The translations under genes were made by a program, and so were the position numbers. The notes under the pieces are model-generated. The model had not been told where the DNA came from. It worked only from the letters and a program-made list of their open reading frames with translations, and searched no databases. From Octopus sinensis (taxonomy: Eukaryota), in NCBI RefSeq assembly GCF_006345805.1, contig NC_043009.1, positions 35,278,001-35,342,000 on the forward strand: a stretch of DNA of 64,000 nucleotides. The letters are read 5' to 3'. This document shows, in pieces, positions 23,880-38,469 of the stretch (position 1 is the first letter of the stretch; every line of letters begins with the position of its first letter).

Positions 23880-25480
23880 AGTTGACAGTTTTTGGATATA
23901 AAATTCTCATGAATTAATCTTCTTTTGACTCTAGTAGTTGATCATTCTCCTTCTTCAATTTAAAGGATAAAAATATTTTAAATTTCTCATTTGCACAAAT
24001 ATGTCGATGTTCACGACATGGAACATTTGTAAGAGATGAATCTATTTTTTGCTCGTGCATTCTCACGCTATGTATTAATTTTGATTATCTTTGGTTGATG
24101 TAATTCTCATTGTATTGCGGTCACATGAGGTGTGACCGCAAATCAGATATTTTTGTTTTGCAATTCACGCTTGCATTATCATTCAATTCCTTCTCGTTTC
24201 TGAATATTTGGTTTATTCCTTGTTCAATTATTTCACATGTTCAACAATGAGGGTATCCACTATTTGTGACTTGCATTATTTCTTCTCAGGTTTGACCGAA
24301 TAGATGTTACGGTTTTTATGATTCTTAGAGAATACAAACGTAGTATTTATACCCTTGATTTTGCTTTCACCCTCATTGTAAGTGTTTCCTCATGAGACAG
24401 AAATTGAAATTAATTTGCTTTTTATATGACATGATTTACTAGACCGTTGCGTATTTTTCTTCCTTAAGGAAGAAATTTAATTCTAGAAGCCATTTCTCTG
24501 GTATATTTGTGCCCGTGACTACTGAACGAATACTTTTCCCATGTTAAATAGAATGATTGTTTTGGGAAATAATAGGATGGGTGGCCAGATCTAAAAATCT
24601 AAATACTGGTGTGAGAGCGTCTCCTCGCAATAGAAATCGGCTGCACTTGTCTCATTGTCTTCAATTATCCCGATGTCCAAACAAGGAAGTTCTTTTTCGT
24701 TCATTTCCCTATGGAATTAAAACGATTCACGAATTTAAAAAATAATAATTTAAGGCGTTTTGTAATGTCTTCTTTATATCTATATCAAAATATGAAGCCT
24801 TTGCCCAGTATGCTATTCCGGTTTCCTATTAAATAGGATTGGAAATGTTACCCGAAAGTAAATCTGAAAGAGGCATTGATCTTTCTTCCAGGAATCTCAT
24901 TATTAGCGTCGCAACTGTTGGCGAGGCTTTTGTTCTCACTCTCCTACTTTGCATTCGCAGTAATATTATTTATGAAAGAAGTAGTAGTTGTTTTCCAATA
25001 GGAATCGTAATTAGTCATGAATAATTTCTTTAGAATTTTCTCTTGAATTGTTTGTGAGTGCTTATCGTATTCCATCGGGGATATTTGTGTAATGTATGGT
25101 TACGTTGAAATTAACCAAGGACGTCTGGAACACGGTTTAGAACACAGGTTAGACAGTCCATTTCATCTCTTATGAAACTGGGGACAAATTTTCACAATGG
25201 TTTCAACTCTATGTCAAATACATTACTTAATTGGCGGGTGCTTGGTGTTGGCCCTGCAACGGTTGCAAGTAATTTTAAATTAGATTGTTTGGAAATCTTT
25301 ACATACGTTATCAATAAACTAAATTTACTCGTACGTGGTTATAAAATCTATAAAACTGCAGCCAAACAGCACTCCAACAAAAGTCAATTTAACATGGCGG
25401 GACATAATGAAGAACGTCGCTATGGATAGACTATCGGGATATAAAATGGTATTGTGCTGGCTGAAAGGTTTTAGCAATTG
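23880..25480 (-). mobile_element. Penelope-like element RT plus GIY-YIG remnant
   Basis: Minus-strand motifs are LKLLATVAGPTPSTRQLSNVFDIELKPL.KFVPSFIRD, LVNFNVTIHYTNIPDG, FLLENNY, TKASPTVATLIMRFLEE and LPCLDI. Degenerate Cys and GIY-YIG motifs lie near 24080-24270. Confidence 0.75.
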
Positions 25481-26771
25481 GTCTGATGGATGAGAGTGTT
25501 GTATATAGCCTGGGGCGATATACAATAACAATGTCACCACAAAACAACAACAACAGAAATATCAGAACAGTATCAACCAACCAAACAACAGAATTTAAAA
25601 CATCTCCACGAACACCTTGTTCTCCACCTTTCCCAGTCAGTACTGTTGACGAATTCCTCGTTGTGTTGCATGTTAACCATAACTATTTGATAAATTCGTT
25701 CAACAACTTATGAAGTCAAAAGCAAGAAAATAAATAAAATAAAAATTGTTTAAAATAATTTGAAATACTCTAAATGTATCGTCATAAATTGTGATATTCC
25801 TTAAATTAGAAATTATCTCCCACAGTATATTTATTTACATTTTCATTAGCCTAATCTTATCAAATTTTATTAAAACTGACCAGTAATTATAGAAGGTCAC
25901 TCTGTGTTTATAGTATTGAATACTTCCATTATTTGAAACAGAGAAGTGACGACCTTTAATTCATGTTACTTCTTTTTGTCTGACATTTGTTGTAAAACAT
26001 GCGTGTTCATTAGCGGACAAAAACTAATTATTTATGGAATTATCTAAAATGTTGATCAAGTGACAGTTGATAATTAGTATCTGACAAAATATTAAAGGTG
26101 ATTATAATGTTTTGCAAATATTTTAAACTTCGAGTCTTTCATTACTTTTCCGTGTTCATATACTGATCCCAAGTCACCTCTACTCACGTAAACAATGAAA
26201 ACACGGTACCCCCCAGAGTCATTCGATATGCCATATATAACAACTAATTTCCTCTCTTGAAAAGTGGACTGATACATCAAGTACTGTTATCATATATACA
26301 CTGTGTCTGAAACATGAAAAGCTAAGACTAAACAACAGCAATAACTGTAACAACTGTAAGCTATATAACATGAAGAAAAGTTCAAAATTGATCAGCAAAA
26401 TATTCACTGAACTAGAGAGCTGAACAATTCTCACAATCCTGTAAAACCAATCCCCTCACTCACCTTTCTAAGTTCACCTCCAGATTTTGAACTTTCTGCA
26501 ATACCCTCCTTACTTGTTATTTTCCTATAGACGCACCCATACCTAGGCACAAGTTAAACAATATCAATGTCGAAGAACTTGTAAATATCTCGACTACGTC
26601 TTTTTTTGTGTGTCCATCTATATTGCACAATCTCTGGACATTATCTTTGAAATTTTCTTACTATTTTTACTATTTTTTATTATTTTATTTTACTTTTTAG
26701 TTGTTTAATTCTTACCATTATGGACTCTGATGAAGCTTTGGGGTTGAACTTTTGTCCAATTTTTGTTCAAT

Positions 26772-26823
26772 TTTTGTAAAACCTTTGTATAATCTACCAA
26801 GATTATACAAAGATTTTACAAAA
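26772..26823. repeat. Hairpin with 24-bp arms (one mismatch) and a 4-nt loop
   Basis: ttttgtaaaacctttgtataatct ACCA agattatacaaagattttacaaaa. Confidence 0.9.
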
Positions 26824-27184
26824 ATGACGTGTCAACTTTGGCATGCTGGACCTCTAAAGTAGAAATAGCTGTAAGAGTAGAGTTATACCCACTCATTTAT
26901 CCTTCTTTATTTATTCATATGTATAAACATATGAAGCTGATGTTTGTAATTTGATGTTTGTCAGTTATCTTCTCTATTTTCTTCCTTCTTTTATAAATTC
27001 TGGTTAAACATTTGTCTACCTTCAAACATACCTGTTATTCAATTGCACTATTGCCTTACAACAGTAAGCATTTGGATATATATATATATATATATATATA
27101 TAGGTATACATCCAGTAGTATATTGGATATTTATTATCTCTTAGATGGTTGTCTAACCTCTAACACATGTATACGTATATACGT

Positions 27185-27223
<39 letters not shown>

Positions 27224-27292
27224 ATATATACACATACATACATACATACATACATACATACATACATACATACATACAACAGACATACATAT

Positions 27293-27505
27293 ACGAGGCG
27301 GGGACTGAAAAGCTCCTCGCTTTGGGTTAAAGCAAGTACAGGATGATCAGTTAATTATGATTTTATTCAACATATTCGACATATTTTCACACTTATTGTA
27401 GCTGTTGTTCAGTTTTTCACACCCCTGTAAAAGAACTCGCAAGTTTGGGCATTCAACCAGGCTGTTCACGATACCCTTAAAGCCAAGAACTCTTCAGCAC
27501 CCCAT
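27293..27505 (-). mobile_element. Internally deleted mariner (MITE-like, about 215 bp)
   Basis: The left end TA-CGAGGCGGGGACTGAAAGCTCCT and the right end (reverse complement TA-TGGGGTGCTGAAGAGTTCTT) resemble degenerate TIRs. The interior minus strand resembles a mariner C-terminus (EKLNNSYNKC...EYVE*). Confidence 0.55.
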
Positions 27506-30500
27506 ATGTGTGTGTGTGTGTGTGTGTTTGTGTGTGTATGCACATGCATGATTGAAAAATTTGAAACTATGCTTCACACTAACTAACTAAATAATGGTAG
27601 TATATCCCAGCAAAAAAAAAGAAAGAAAGGAAGGAAAGAAATAAAATAAAATACTAAACGAAAATAAAGGTAAATTAAGCATATCACGAACGTTTCCTGT
27701 TTACTGAAATCTTGTTCGAAATGTGTTTTGAAATAATAAATGAACGTAGTTGTGGGAAAACCGAGATATGTTGTTTCCCCAAAGCGCCAAAACTTTTAAT
27801 TTACGAAGTAAATGTGTTGAGTTTTAAGTGAGGAAACATTGTAAATATTCATTTTAAGCGGAATATCTTTCCTGATACCAAATAGAATTGCTTGTGATAC
27901 CTATTCATTTCTAATCATTTTATGAATTCTTGTTATTTTAATTGACCAAACTATAAACAGATGACACTGAATAAAATCAATGTATGTTTTTATTGGCGCT
28001 GGTGTCGCTGGCAGAAGAATGTGGTGAAAGGATAATTTTTCAGATGAGTTGTATATAAGAATACCTGCTATAAGCAAATATAAAGAAACAAAACGGGGAT
28101 GATACTGAATATGGTACTTACGTGAAATATTCCTTGGTGCTAAGTTGCAATAGAAGCAGTTAAGTGCTTGCTTCAATAAAGTTAATAATGAGCTGTAAGA
28201 GAGGATTTGAACAGCCATCAACTAATGTTATAGATAAAAACATTTTACAAGCACTTATGCTGTTTCTAAAGACAACTCAAGAGAAATATAATGAATTTTA
28301 TGCGCCAATTCAAATGAATTGACATTCGTTATTTCACGAGCCTTATGTTACGAAGAGGTTGGTGAAAGCAAAGACGAGGATAAAGAAAAAGAAGAAGAGG
28401 GGGAGAGGTGGAGGAGGTGGAGGAGGCGAAGAGGAAACATTAAATGATCACAAGAGAAATAATGTAATTGGAGAAGATCAATATTTGACATAAGTAATAA
28501 TGGCTAGTAAAAGAGAGAAACACATGAGAATCTATAAATACTAACCTTCCTCAGAATATAAATTATATTGCTAACATTTCCATCACGAATGCCATGTAAA
28601 AGATTCGATGTAAACTGTAGAGGAATTCTCTATAGTGTGCGGAGACTAATGAAGATGTGATAAAACAAAGATTTTGTCATCGGTCAGATCTGATCTGATC
28701 TACAGTTAATACGAAGAAATAGCAATTTCATTTCCATGACAGTTGTCTAACTTATATCAATTGCAAACGACATTAAACGATTTGGTACTTTGCCATAAAC
28801 GGATTGACTGCAGAAATAAATATATTTGTAAAACCTATTTACTATATTTGGTCGCAAAACCAGTCAAGCATCTTATGGAAATATTTTTGACATGTGCTGA
28901 TCAGTGAATTCCTTAAGGATACATAAACTGATGTTGATGATAAATATTTCTCATTCCTCGGCGTATCAACATTCAATACACAGACCTTTCAGTACCGTAT
29001 GTACAAACACCATCACCAAATTCTGTACGTCGAAATTTTGTTTTTCTAGTTTTTAATTTGTTATTATGAATCTATGTAGGCGATTTTACATGGTGGTTCT
29101 CAGGGGAAACTTAAACGTATCATATATGCAACTTTCAAAACATTAGCTTGTTTGTTCCTTTACTTTTGTTCTATTCGGTTGGGAAATTCGACATCTTTAT
29201 TTCCTGTTATTTAAATAGGATTAACTATTTTCGGAAGATTTCGTACAGATTGTGTAGTTGCGATTGGCAATGTTAAAAAAGGAGACGTATCAGAAATGTT
29301 GACTGTTTCTTTTACGATTTCTTTGCTGCTGTTGCTGTTGCTAATACATCTTTTTCTGCAGTTCTAAATTGCCTATAAAAACTCAAAACAGTATATTTAT
29401 TGCAAGAATTTTACTGTTTTGTTTCCCTAACCAAAAGACATATAGACGTGAAAACATTTAATAATATACAGTTGTGATGCTGGAAGAGCCTCGTACAACA
29501 CGGTTCCATTAATGGACTTAAATGTATAAGATTTCTTGTGACGCCAATGAGAAAGCCTCTTGGAAAGCGGTATTATTTCTCAAAACTGACAACAATTTGG
29601 TTTCGATTTCTCGTTCAATCTGTTACATTTAGCATAATAATGCCTCAAAGAAACCAAATGGATTATATCTTTTGAATATCCTGATCCGACAAATGTTGCT
29701 TCGATTGGAAACCAAAAGTATAGCGATAGCTTAAATGGGAAATTATTTAATGATACGGTCTCTTCTTTTAACATTTGACAACTTCATGTTCGTTTTAATC
29801 TTCATTTAAGTGTCACATGTTTCATTCTCATTAGGTAATATTAGTAGCAAATATCAATAATTAAATCTGTCGTCATAGTTTTATATTCGATGACTAGCAG
29901 TAAATTTATATTTTGAGACTCATCATTTCATTTTTACTCTGAGAAAAATAAAAAGGATACGGGGTTGGTCATAACTTGTCTCATATCATTAAATGCGTAA
30001 ACGTAAGAACCATTCAGAACGTCTTGCAATTTTGCAATTAACTTGCATTAGCAAATGGAGGTACTAATTCATGACACCTGTCAAGTAATTTGTCGGTAAA
30101 TTAGATTAAGGAAACTATGTAAACTACAAATGAGAAGAGAAAAAACAACAGCGAAGCCATTGAGAAATAAGACAAATTATCCCAAATTTAAAAAAGAAAT
30201 GTATCCGTCAAATATTTCACAATCAACTGATATTAAACAAATAAAAAACAAACAAGAGGTATAACAAAGTAACTCGAAGACTACATTTGCTGGAGGAAAA
30301 CTAGAATATCAGTATGAAAACACAGATTCAACGATCAATATGTCCAGTAATCCTGCTCTTCTTTGCACCCACAATTAATTGATCCCAGCAAAAGGTAGCC
30401 GGATGTGTAATTCCTGGTAATTCCTTTGTTATTTTAAAAACAAGTGAGCCATTAACATGCTTGTTTTAATATTAACGTAATCATAGGAAAAAGTAAACGG

Positions 30501-31661
30501 GGGGGGGGGGGGAATCTCAGCTTCTCTGAAAATGAGAGGCAGAATGAAGGAAGCCATTATCAAGGCTTGGTTCCTTCACTTTTGTGAAGGAGAGCCAGTC
30601 GTTAATATTGAGCTATAATTGGAAATGAAATGTAGATCTAAACATGAGAAAGAGAGAGGGGGAGAGAGGCAGAGAGAGGGAGAGAGGGGAGAGAGAAGGA
30701 GAGAGAAAATATCTAAGAATCACATCTGAAAAATCCATCTAAAATTCCAGAAAATGTGGAAATTTAAATTTTGGTTCTCGAATAATCACCTTCATCATAT
30801 TGATGTTTTGTCACAACAAAAACAAATTGATTTCATATATGTTAATTAAATCACTGTAAAGAGTCGACTATAAGTATCAGTTACTAATTATATATATATA
30901 TTTTCACCAAGAAATCGATATAGCTAAATACAAGTTTGAGGATGAACTATGATCGGTTATACCAAATGGGAGAAGATATCAACAACTGTTGTAACCTTGA
31001 AATAACGGTTACTGCACATTTTCAGTCATTAATGAGATTTTAAATTGCACTATTCGTACACAAAAATCCTAAATATGTATTTAATAATTAGTTTGGGATT
31101 TCTGCAATGTTAGAACTTAATACATGAATAATAATGTGGTTAGTGCATAGAAGATTCAACAGTAGTAAATATTTACTCGACCATAACCATATTTTAAATG
31201 TATGCTTATGTGTCTTTGCACGAAGTCGGTATAAGTATATCATATAATTCAGATACGTAGTGATAAACTACTGCTCGACGTAACACAAAGATATTCTGAA
31301 TGAATTAAAATTTCTTAATATTTTTCGTTCTAGAGAGACAACATTGATAATTCCTAGGGACTCTGAAAAAAGAAAACGGGAGATAATTCCGAAAATTAGA
31401 AATTCACTTTTCAAATAATTCAATTTACTTTCTATCATATTTTCAAGACTATATATAAAATATATTGGCGTTTAGATGTGTGCCAGAACCACAGTCCTGT
31501 CACTGTTTAGTGCCATCAAATACTGGATTCAATTAGCAACATTGATTGTGAATCCGTTTGTTAGAATAATGGATACGCGGGCTGGCAAGAGGCAATGGAT
31601 TCGATCGAGTCAAAGGTAGACGGTTATAAGTAATCTTTCAACCTACAAAAAATAACAATCA

Positions 31662-31825
31662 GGCGTAGGAGTGGCTGTGTGGTAAGTAGCTTGCTTTACG
31701 AACCAAATGGTTCCGTGTTCAGTCCCACTGCGTGGCACCTTGGGCAAGTGTCTTCTACTATAGCCTCGGGCCGACCAAAGCCTTGTGAGTGGATTTGGTA
31801 GACGGAAACTGAAAGTAGCCCGTCG

Positions 31826-31862
<37 letters not shown>

Positions 31863-32090
31863 ATATGTTTGTGTGTCTGTGTTTATCCATCCCCAACATC
31901 GCTTGACAACCGATGCTGGTGTGTTTACGTTTCCGTAACTTAGCGGTTCGGTAAAAGAGACCGATAGAATAAGCACTAGGCTTACAAAGGATAAGTCCTG
32001 GGGTCGATTTGCTCGACTAAAGGCAGTGCTCCAGCATGGCCACAGTCAAATGACTGAAACAAATAAAAGAGTAAAAAGAGAGTAAAGAGA
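31662..32090 (+). mobile_element. tRNA-derived SINE (family A), full length
   Basis: It is colinear with 12643-13055 from head to tail. Confidence 0.9.
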
Positions 32091-32936
32091 GTACCTCTAT
32101 TCTTTTCTTCCTTCTGGAAAGGTGCATTGGACAAATTTCTATAATATAATCGGAAAACTTCCCGATCAAGAACACGCACGCTACGAAGACAAAGTTAACT
32201 AAGACGTGTATTTTTTTTACTCATGTTCATAGAATTAATACTAATATATTTTATGTCAATAAAAACTGAAAGTCAAAGCTGAATGTTAGTCCATTTTACA
32301 CTGCTAAATTTGACAATGTCAAATGTTCTTTATAATGAATGGCTTGTTTTGGTTTCTATTGAGAAAATATTCATCGTTTCATCTACACAGCTGGAAGATT
32401 TCTAATTCAAGGCAATGAATGGATGCGTGAATTCACAATAAATTTCATTGGGATTTCACCAGTATAAATTTGTAGAACGAGAAATGGCGTAAAAGAAGAA
32501 AACAAGGGATCTGGTGTAGGTAAACTCTCTACAGCATTGTTTCTAATTTAGGATGTCGTCTTCCCTATGTGATACAAGAATAAACACGTTGAATTGATGT
32601 AATTTTTCAATGATACAATAAAATACAAACATATATTGATTCCAGAGAATAGTTTTAGAAATATATTTATATTTCTTGTGAAGTGAGGGAATTTTAATCT
32701 GTTTTGACTGTATGCACAGAAGATGCGGGCAATATTATATATCCAACCAGGGAAATATTAATGTTTCCTTAGTTAGATATATAGTAATTATATAAATATT
32801 TCTTTAGTTCTCTCTCAAAACTGAATTAATCAAGTGTAAAATAATTCTTTTATTTTCAAACAAAAAGTGGATTTAGCTGAATAGTTAGTTATTCAAGCTC
32901 CTAGCAACATTCAGAGCATTATAGACAAAAACAGAC

Positions 32937-32984
<48 letters not shown>

Positions 32985-34139
32985 TATAATGATACTATGA
33001 TTTCATGTTATACGTGATGCAAAACTATTGAAATGTCTTCCGCCTTGTGCAGTTTTGATTTTCTCATGTTAAATTCAACAGTTTTACTTTAAGTTATATG
33101 GTTTTTGCAACGATGTTGCTTTGTAGCTAAACAGATTCACGTTTCTCATCATTAAGAAGTCAAATCGTAAACATTAATACTTAATAGCAATTCTATTTCA
33201 TGTTGGCAATAGAATACTTGCTGCAAATAATTTAGATCAACATTACAAACTGATACATAATGTTTCAACAAACCATTTCCACAAAAATTAAAGAAAACGA
33301 ACAAAGCAAATATATAATTACTAGATCTGCTAAACACCAGGCAGACCTCCAGAAAATTGCATCATGCTGTTTTTATGTACAGGTATGAGACTCCATGTTC
33401 CCAACAGAAATCTGCGTACTTTTATATGTGCCCACCATTAAAGAACTTTGAGAGACCGGTGGAAAGACAACTGGTTATTTCGTTCTTTTCTAATTTCACA
33501 TAGTTCCAGTTGCGAAGAACATAATGTACTGTGATGTTTTAACACCTTCACCTCATATAGACTATAGCATTAGACGTTTATACAAGACAAATACAACTCT
33601 CTGTATGTCAGCTACCGTGTTTCAGCCAAAAGAAAAGAGCAATGAGACTGGTAGGATTACCAGCTGGAGATTTAACATTAGATATTCCTTCTCCTACACT
33701 TTGCTATTTAAAGCAACCCACGTGGTAGTGGTGGTGTGGGGGCTGCTTTCTGTTACCTATATTGATTATCTGATCACATGTAATTTTGGAGTGTCCCCGT
33801 TCACCATCTTGAGTAGTATTAATTTCCGATTTCTGACAAAATAATTTCAGATCCTACTCAAGTGTCATCTGTCCTTTTATTTCTCATGCTGAGTGTCTAG
33901 TAAACCCTTCGCAATATACATTTCTGCCCGTGAGTGGCTTAGTCGCGAATGCCTGACAAAGAAAACAGAATATACTGGATAAACATGTTGCGAGTACGTT
34001 CATACACTGGCGCGCGCACAATCACACGCACACACACACAATCACACACACCCACATACAGACACACACACACACACACACTCATATACATACATACGTG
34101 CACATACACCAACATACATAAAAACACAGGGCATTGAAA

Positions 34140-35348
34140 CTCGGAGAATGAACGAAAAATTGAAGTCAGAAAAATTGGTGAAAATAACAACGACAGGCTC
34201 TATGCTTACTAATGAAATAAAAAGGCATGCTGAGATTGTGACTTTGAAGGGTAAGCATGGGGATATAGGAATCTCTCGTTTTCTGAAAGTTGCAAGACTT
34301 TTGTCCACAAGATTCAGTGTTAGAGAAAGAGGATGGAAATGTATTACCTGTATCAAAACGAAAAACATCATTCCAAACGTTCTGATCCTATCAGCACACC
34401 TGGATTTATTCAGAAAGTTAAACAAAACATGAAGACATTCCGGGAAAGTCAATGAAGTCAATTGCCAAAAACTTCCGTGCGTCAGAAAAAAGGATCAGAA
34501 CTGTTGTGCATGAAGACACCAGATACAAATCTTACATAATGAAGAGAGGTCAATTCATGTCAGAAAAAAACCAAAGAAAACAGTTTAATCAGATCCAAAA
34601 GACTTTTGAACAAACTTAAAAGTCCATCAGGAAATGGTGTAATTCGGTTTTTCTCAGATGAGATCTTTGACCAGGACCAGAAAACTAACGAAAGAAATGA
34701 CAGATGCCTATGTGCAGGCCCTTCGGAGGTTCTAAGAGTAATGCACACAAAATTACCTGCAAGTGTCATGGTTTGGGATGTTTTTAGCAATGAAGAACAT
34801 TTGCTGCCTCCTTACCTTTTTCCACAAGGCCTTAGGATGAGTGCTGCTACGTATATTAAGGTTCTGGATAAAGTTATTAAGCCTTGGACCAACAGCGTAT
34901 GCAATGGAAGGCCATATGTCTTCCAACAAGATTCTACACCAACACACAAGGCTCAAATGAAACATGTATGAATGGCAGACAATTTGCAAGGTCATATTGC
35001 CCCCAACATTTGGCCTCCTAATTCTCCAGCTCTCGATCCACTGGACTACTATGTATGGAGCATCGTTGAGAAAAATGTCAATGAACACCCCTATAACACC
35101 AAAGATTCTTTGAAAGCTGCCATAGTTCGCGTTGAGCCTAATATGAAAAAAGACTACTTAATCCGAGCTTATAAACGAATTCGACCCCGCGTAGAGTCAG
35201 TTATTGATGCTTAAGGTGGCTTTATTAAATTGATAATATAGCTTTATGTTTATGTTATTTCTATAAAAAGACTTTGTTTTCTGTTATTATATAAGCGTTT
35301 TTTTTAAACCATAAATCTGTCCAGAAATACCGTCCGTCCGCACCATGT
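34140..35348 (+). pseudogene. Tc1/mariner DD37D (maT-type) transposase pseudogene
   Basis: It has an HTH-like start (MLTNEIKRHAEIV...), RFFSDE, VMVWDVFS, YVFQQDSTPTHKA and IWPPNSPALDPLDYYVW. There are 37 residues between the FQQD aspartate and the PLD aspartate when the in-frame stop at 34969-34971 is read through. A TIR-like end (gcaccatg-TA) lies near 35348. Confidence 0.9.
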
Positions 35349-35591
35349 ATACTTTAGAGATGTAATGTTTTAAAATTGCCCAGTATTTATGTATACTTCA
35401 GGCTTTCTCACATATTGTTCCGTATAATTACTATTCTCATTACTATTACTAATCTTATTTGATTGAAAATATAATACGCCAATTGTCTGCCTATCTGTTT
35501 GTATCCCAGCCTCTGTGTGTCAGACATGAGTGTATATGCAAATTTACTCGCAAATCTCTTTCTCTCTTCATACATATCCCCGTATACATTT

Positions 35592-35637
<46 letters not shown>

Positions 35638-35698
35638 GCATACACATAAACACACACACACAACACACACACACACACACAACACACACACACACACG

Positions 35699-35742
<44 letters not shown>

Positions 35743-37957
35743 ATATAAAAGAGAGTTTGTGTGTGCGTGCGTATGCTCCTTATGCATCCCAAAACGGATT
35801 TGCCGATTTTGATGTCTAGGATACCAAATGATTCAGTAATCTTTTAGCTGCCAACTAACGGTGTTTTCATCACATATTTGCATTACAAATACTTAGCATT
35901 ATAAGTTTTCTTTTAATCACATATCGTAGACGACATTTTACACCACTACCACAATGACGACGTTGTAGGAGTCTGTTCGCGCGTTCTTTACGTACGTCAG
36001 CCCGATGAATAAGAAATGTATATGTGTGACAGTGTACGTGTTTGTCAGTATACATACATTTGAATGTATGTCAGTGAAGCGTGCCGAATTTGAAAGAGTT
36101 CAGTTTAGTTGCGGCCTGGATGTTGAACGAACAAAAGAGTTCATTTTGAAGTATCACCAACATGAAGATTTGGCTGACTTGACAGCACTCACAATACTCG
36201 CAAATATATCTGGAAAAAATGTTATTCTGGTTATTATAACAAATTCGGAAACTCGGTGAAGTAGACAGGCTTAGCAGCGCTTTCAATATGAATACAGAAA
36301 TGTTATTCCACTCTTTATAACCAGTTTGAAGATAATGCTTTTTTAAAAAATCCTATCATCCGTATCGTATTCCTGCTATGGTGCTTCATCACTGAGCTTT
36401 CAACGCCGTACATACTTTTTACTGCATTAGTCAGTATTTATTCTACTGTCTATAAACTTACACAGTTAAAATAAATAGCAGTGTCAAATTGCTTTATGTC
36501 TTGCTCCATACATCCTTCAGCAAATATTTTAAATTAATCAACGTTTACAACACCAATATATTCTTTTGTATACACTTTGTTCACCGCTCGTTTCAAAATT
36601 GTAAAATAATAAATTATTTTTGTATGAAAAATTCAATTATGCCTTCTGAATTTTCACTCTCTTCACCGTGACATTCATTCAATCGTGAATTTCATAACAT
36701 CTAGTAGAAATAAACGTTGACTTTCTGTACTTTGCTACGTTGGTGATGCATATTAACATTTGCTAAATCGGTGACTTCCAACGCTGGAATATTTCTTTTG
36801 CACCTATGTTCACTGCATTTAATTTCGCTTGAACTTCGTGTGCGTAGGATTGCTGTTTTCAATATTACCAATTCTATGAGTGTGTGTATGCCTTTGCGTT
36901 CGTTACGTCTATAGTAAACTGCAGTAAAGAACATTTTACGCTGTTTTAATGAACTCACATCTAATGAAGTAGCTATCATTATGGTAGTTATCATTCGTGT
37001 TCGAGATAACAACCTTAAACATGTTTCACAGCTCATCCCTCTTATCATGCTCTCCAGTATCCTCTTATTCTGTGGAATGGACAAGTTGGGTATCATTTCA
37101 ATATTCCACAGATTGAACCTGCAACAGGAAATCCATTTACAAACAAAAAGGTGTCATCAAATGACTTCTATTCGTACCAACTGATATCAAGACCAGAACA
37201 ATCAACTCAATTATACATGTCAAATAAACTTCATTTTCATTTACATATTTTTTACGTTATCTCTACAACCAGCTATAGTTATTTGAAATAACTGCTCTAC
37301 AACGATCAGGTTTCAATACAAAGTGAAAATAGTTTTACATTTTCACTTTGAACCACAATTACAAAGTATTGGATTGAGAGGTATGATGTGTGAATAATAA
37401 ATGTAATGTTTCTCTGAATCTGCTTATCATGTATCTACCAAATGAACTATGCTTTTGGCACAATTCATTTCTACTACTAAAATAACCTCGGAACGAGGTC
37501 GGCTCGCACAATTTGGAGTTCATTTTCGGGCAATATTTCGATTTGATTCTAATGTTTCACTTTCGTGCGATGTTTCACTCATGCGTAGAATTATACTCAG
37601 ACAAACATTACTGAAAATGTACACATGAATATCGTATTAAAATAAGCCACAATCAAGCAAATTGCATTAAAAGACATCCATTTCTCTATACGTTATTAAA
37701 AAAAATGCAGTCATTCACTCACTCCCCCCCTCTCTCTCTCTCACGCACACAGAAAAAATATGTATACATAGGTATTTATCTCTGTGTATTGCCGAACAGT
37801 CATTTTAACGAGTTGTATTTACTAATCACCCGCCGAGATACATCTACACCACCGGATGCTCCTGAACCACTTGTTGAGTGTCCCACCCATAACAAATGAT
37901 ATTAGATGTGTCGAAACAATTGTCGTGATTAATAATAAATTCCATTATATTATATAA

Positions 37958-38142
37958 GGCGCTGGCGTAGCTGTGTTGTAAGAAACTTACTTCCTAACCA
38001 CGTGGTTCCGGGTTCAATCCCACTACATGGCACCTTCGGTGGGTAAGTCAGTTATATCGACCCAACACTCAACTGGTACATATTTCATCGACCCCAGAAT
38101 GATGAAATGCAAAGAGGACAACGGCTGAATTTGAACTTAGAA
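37958..38142. mobile_element. SINE family A head (+) fused to an inverted family B fragment
   Basis: 37958-38040 matches the family A head. The reverse complement of 38044-38142 overlaps and extends family B (ttctaagttcaaattcagccg...ctttgcatttcatcattctggggtcgat). Confidence 0.7.
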
Positions 38143-38469
38143 TATGAATACTGACGAATTTCGTCAGTCTTCATAATCCCTTGCCAGATGGGCTGACGAT
38201 TTTTCATATATTGCCTATATGAATTTTAAAAAATGATTATATTTCTGAAGCACATGTTGATTATTTCATCGGAGAATCGGAGAGTCAGTGCGAACAACAG
38301 AAATATTAGGGAGATATGATATTATGGAAGAGTAGAGTTATTATTAAGACAATTTTTGTCAATAATTTAATATTCATTATAAATTCGTTTCAAGTTTAAA
38401 ACCAAAGATAACAGAACTGCTTTTATGATTAATCAGGATATTGCACACACAATGTTGGGGTGGAACTGG

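Noticed and set aside
26722-26758. GGACT-CTGATGA-AGC...GTT-GAAC...GTCC
   Set aside because: It has GAAC instead of GAAA and no valid stem III or triplet register.
27970-28030. MYVFIGAGVAG Rossmann-like GxGxxG motif on the plus strand
   Set aside because: A stop follows after 15 codons and there is no supporting domain, so it is likely chance.
35830-37200. Short ORFs with Cys clusters (possible PHD finger or transposon C-terminus)
   Set aside because: I could not align them to any family with confidence.
37884-37927. GAAAC-AATT-GTC-GTG with an upstream hairpin
   Set aside because: The 3' half is HHR-like (palindrome ACAATTGT) but no CTGANGA core is present, so it is a vestige only.
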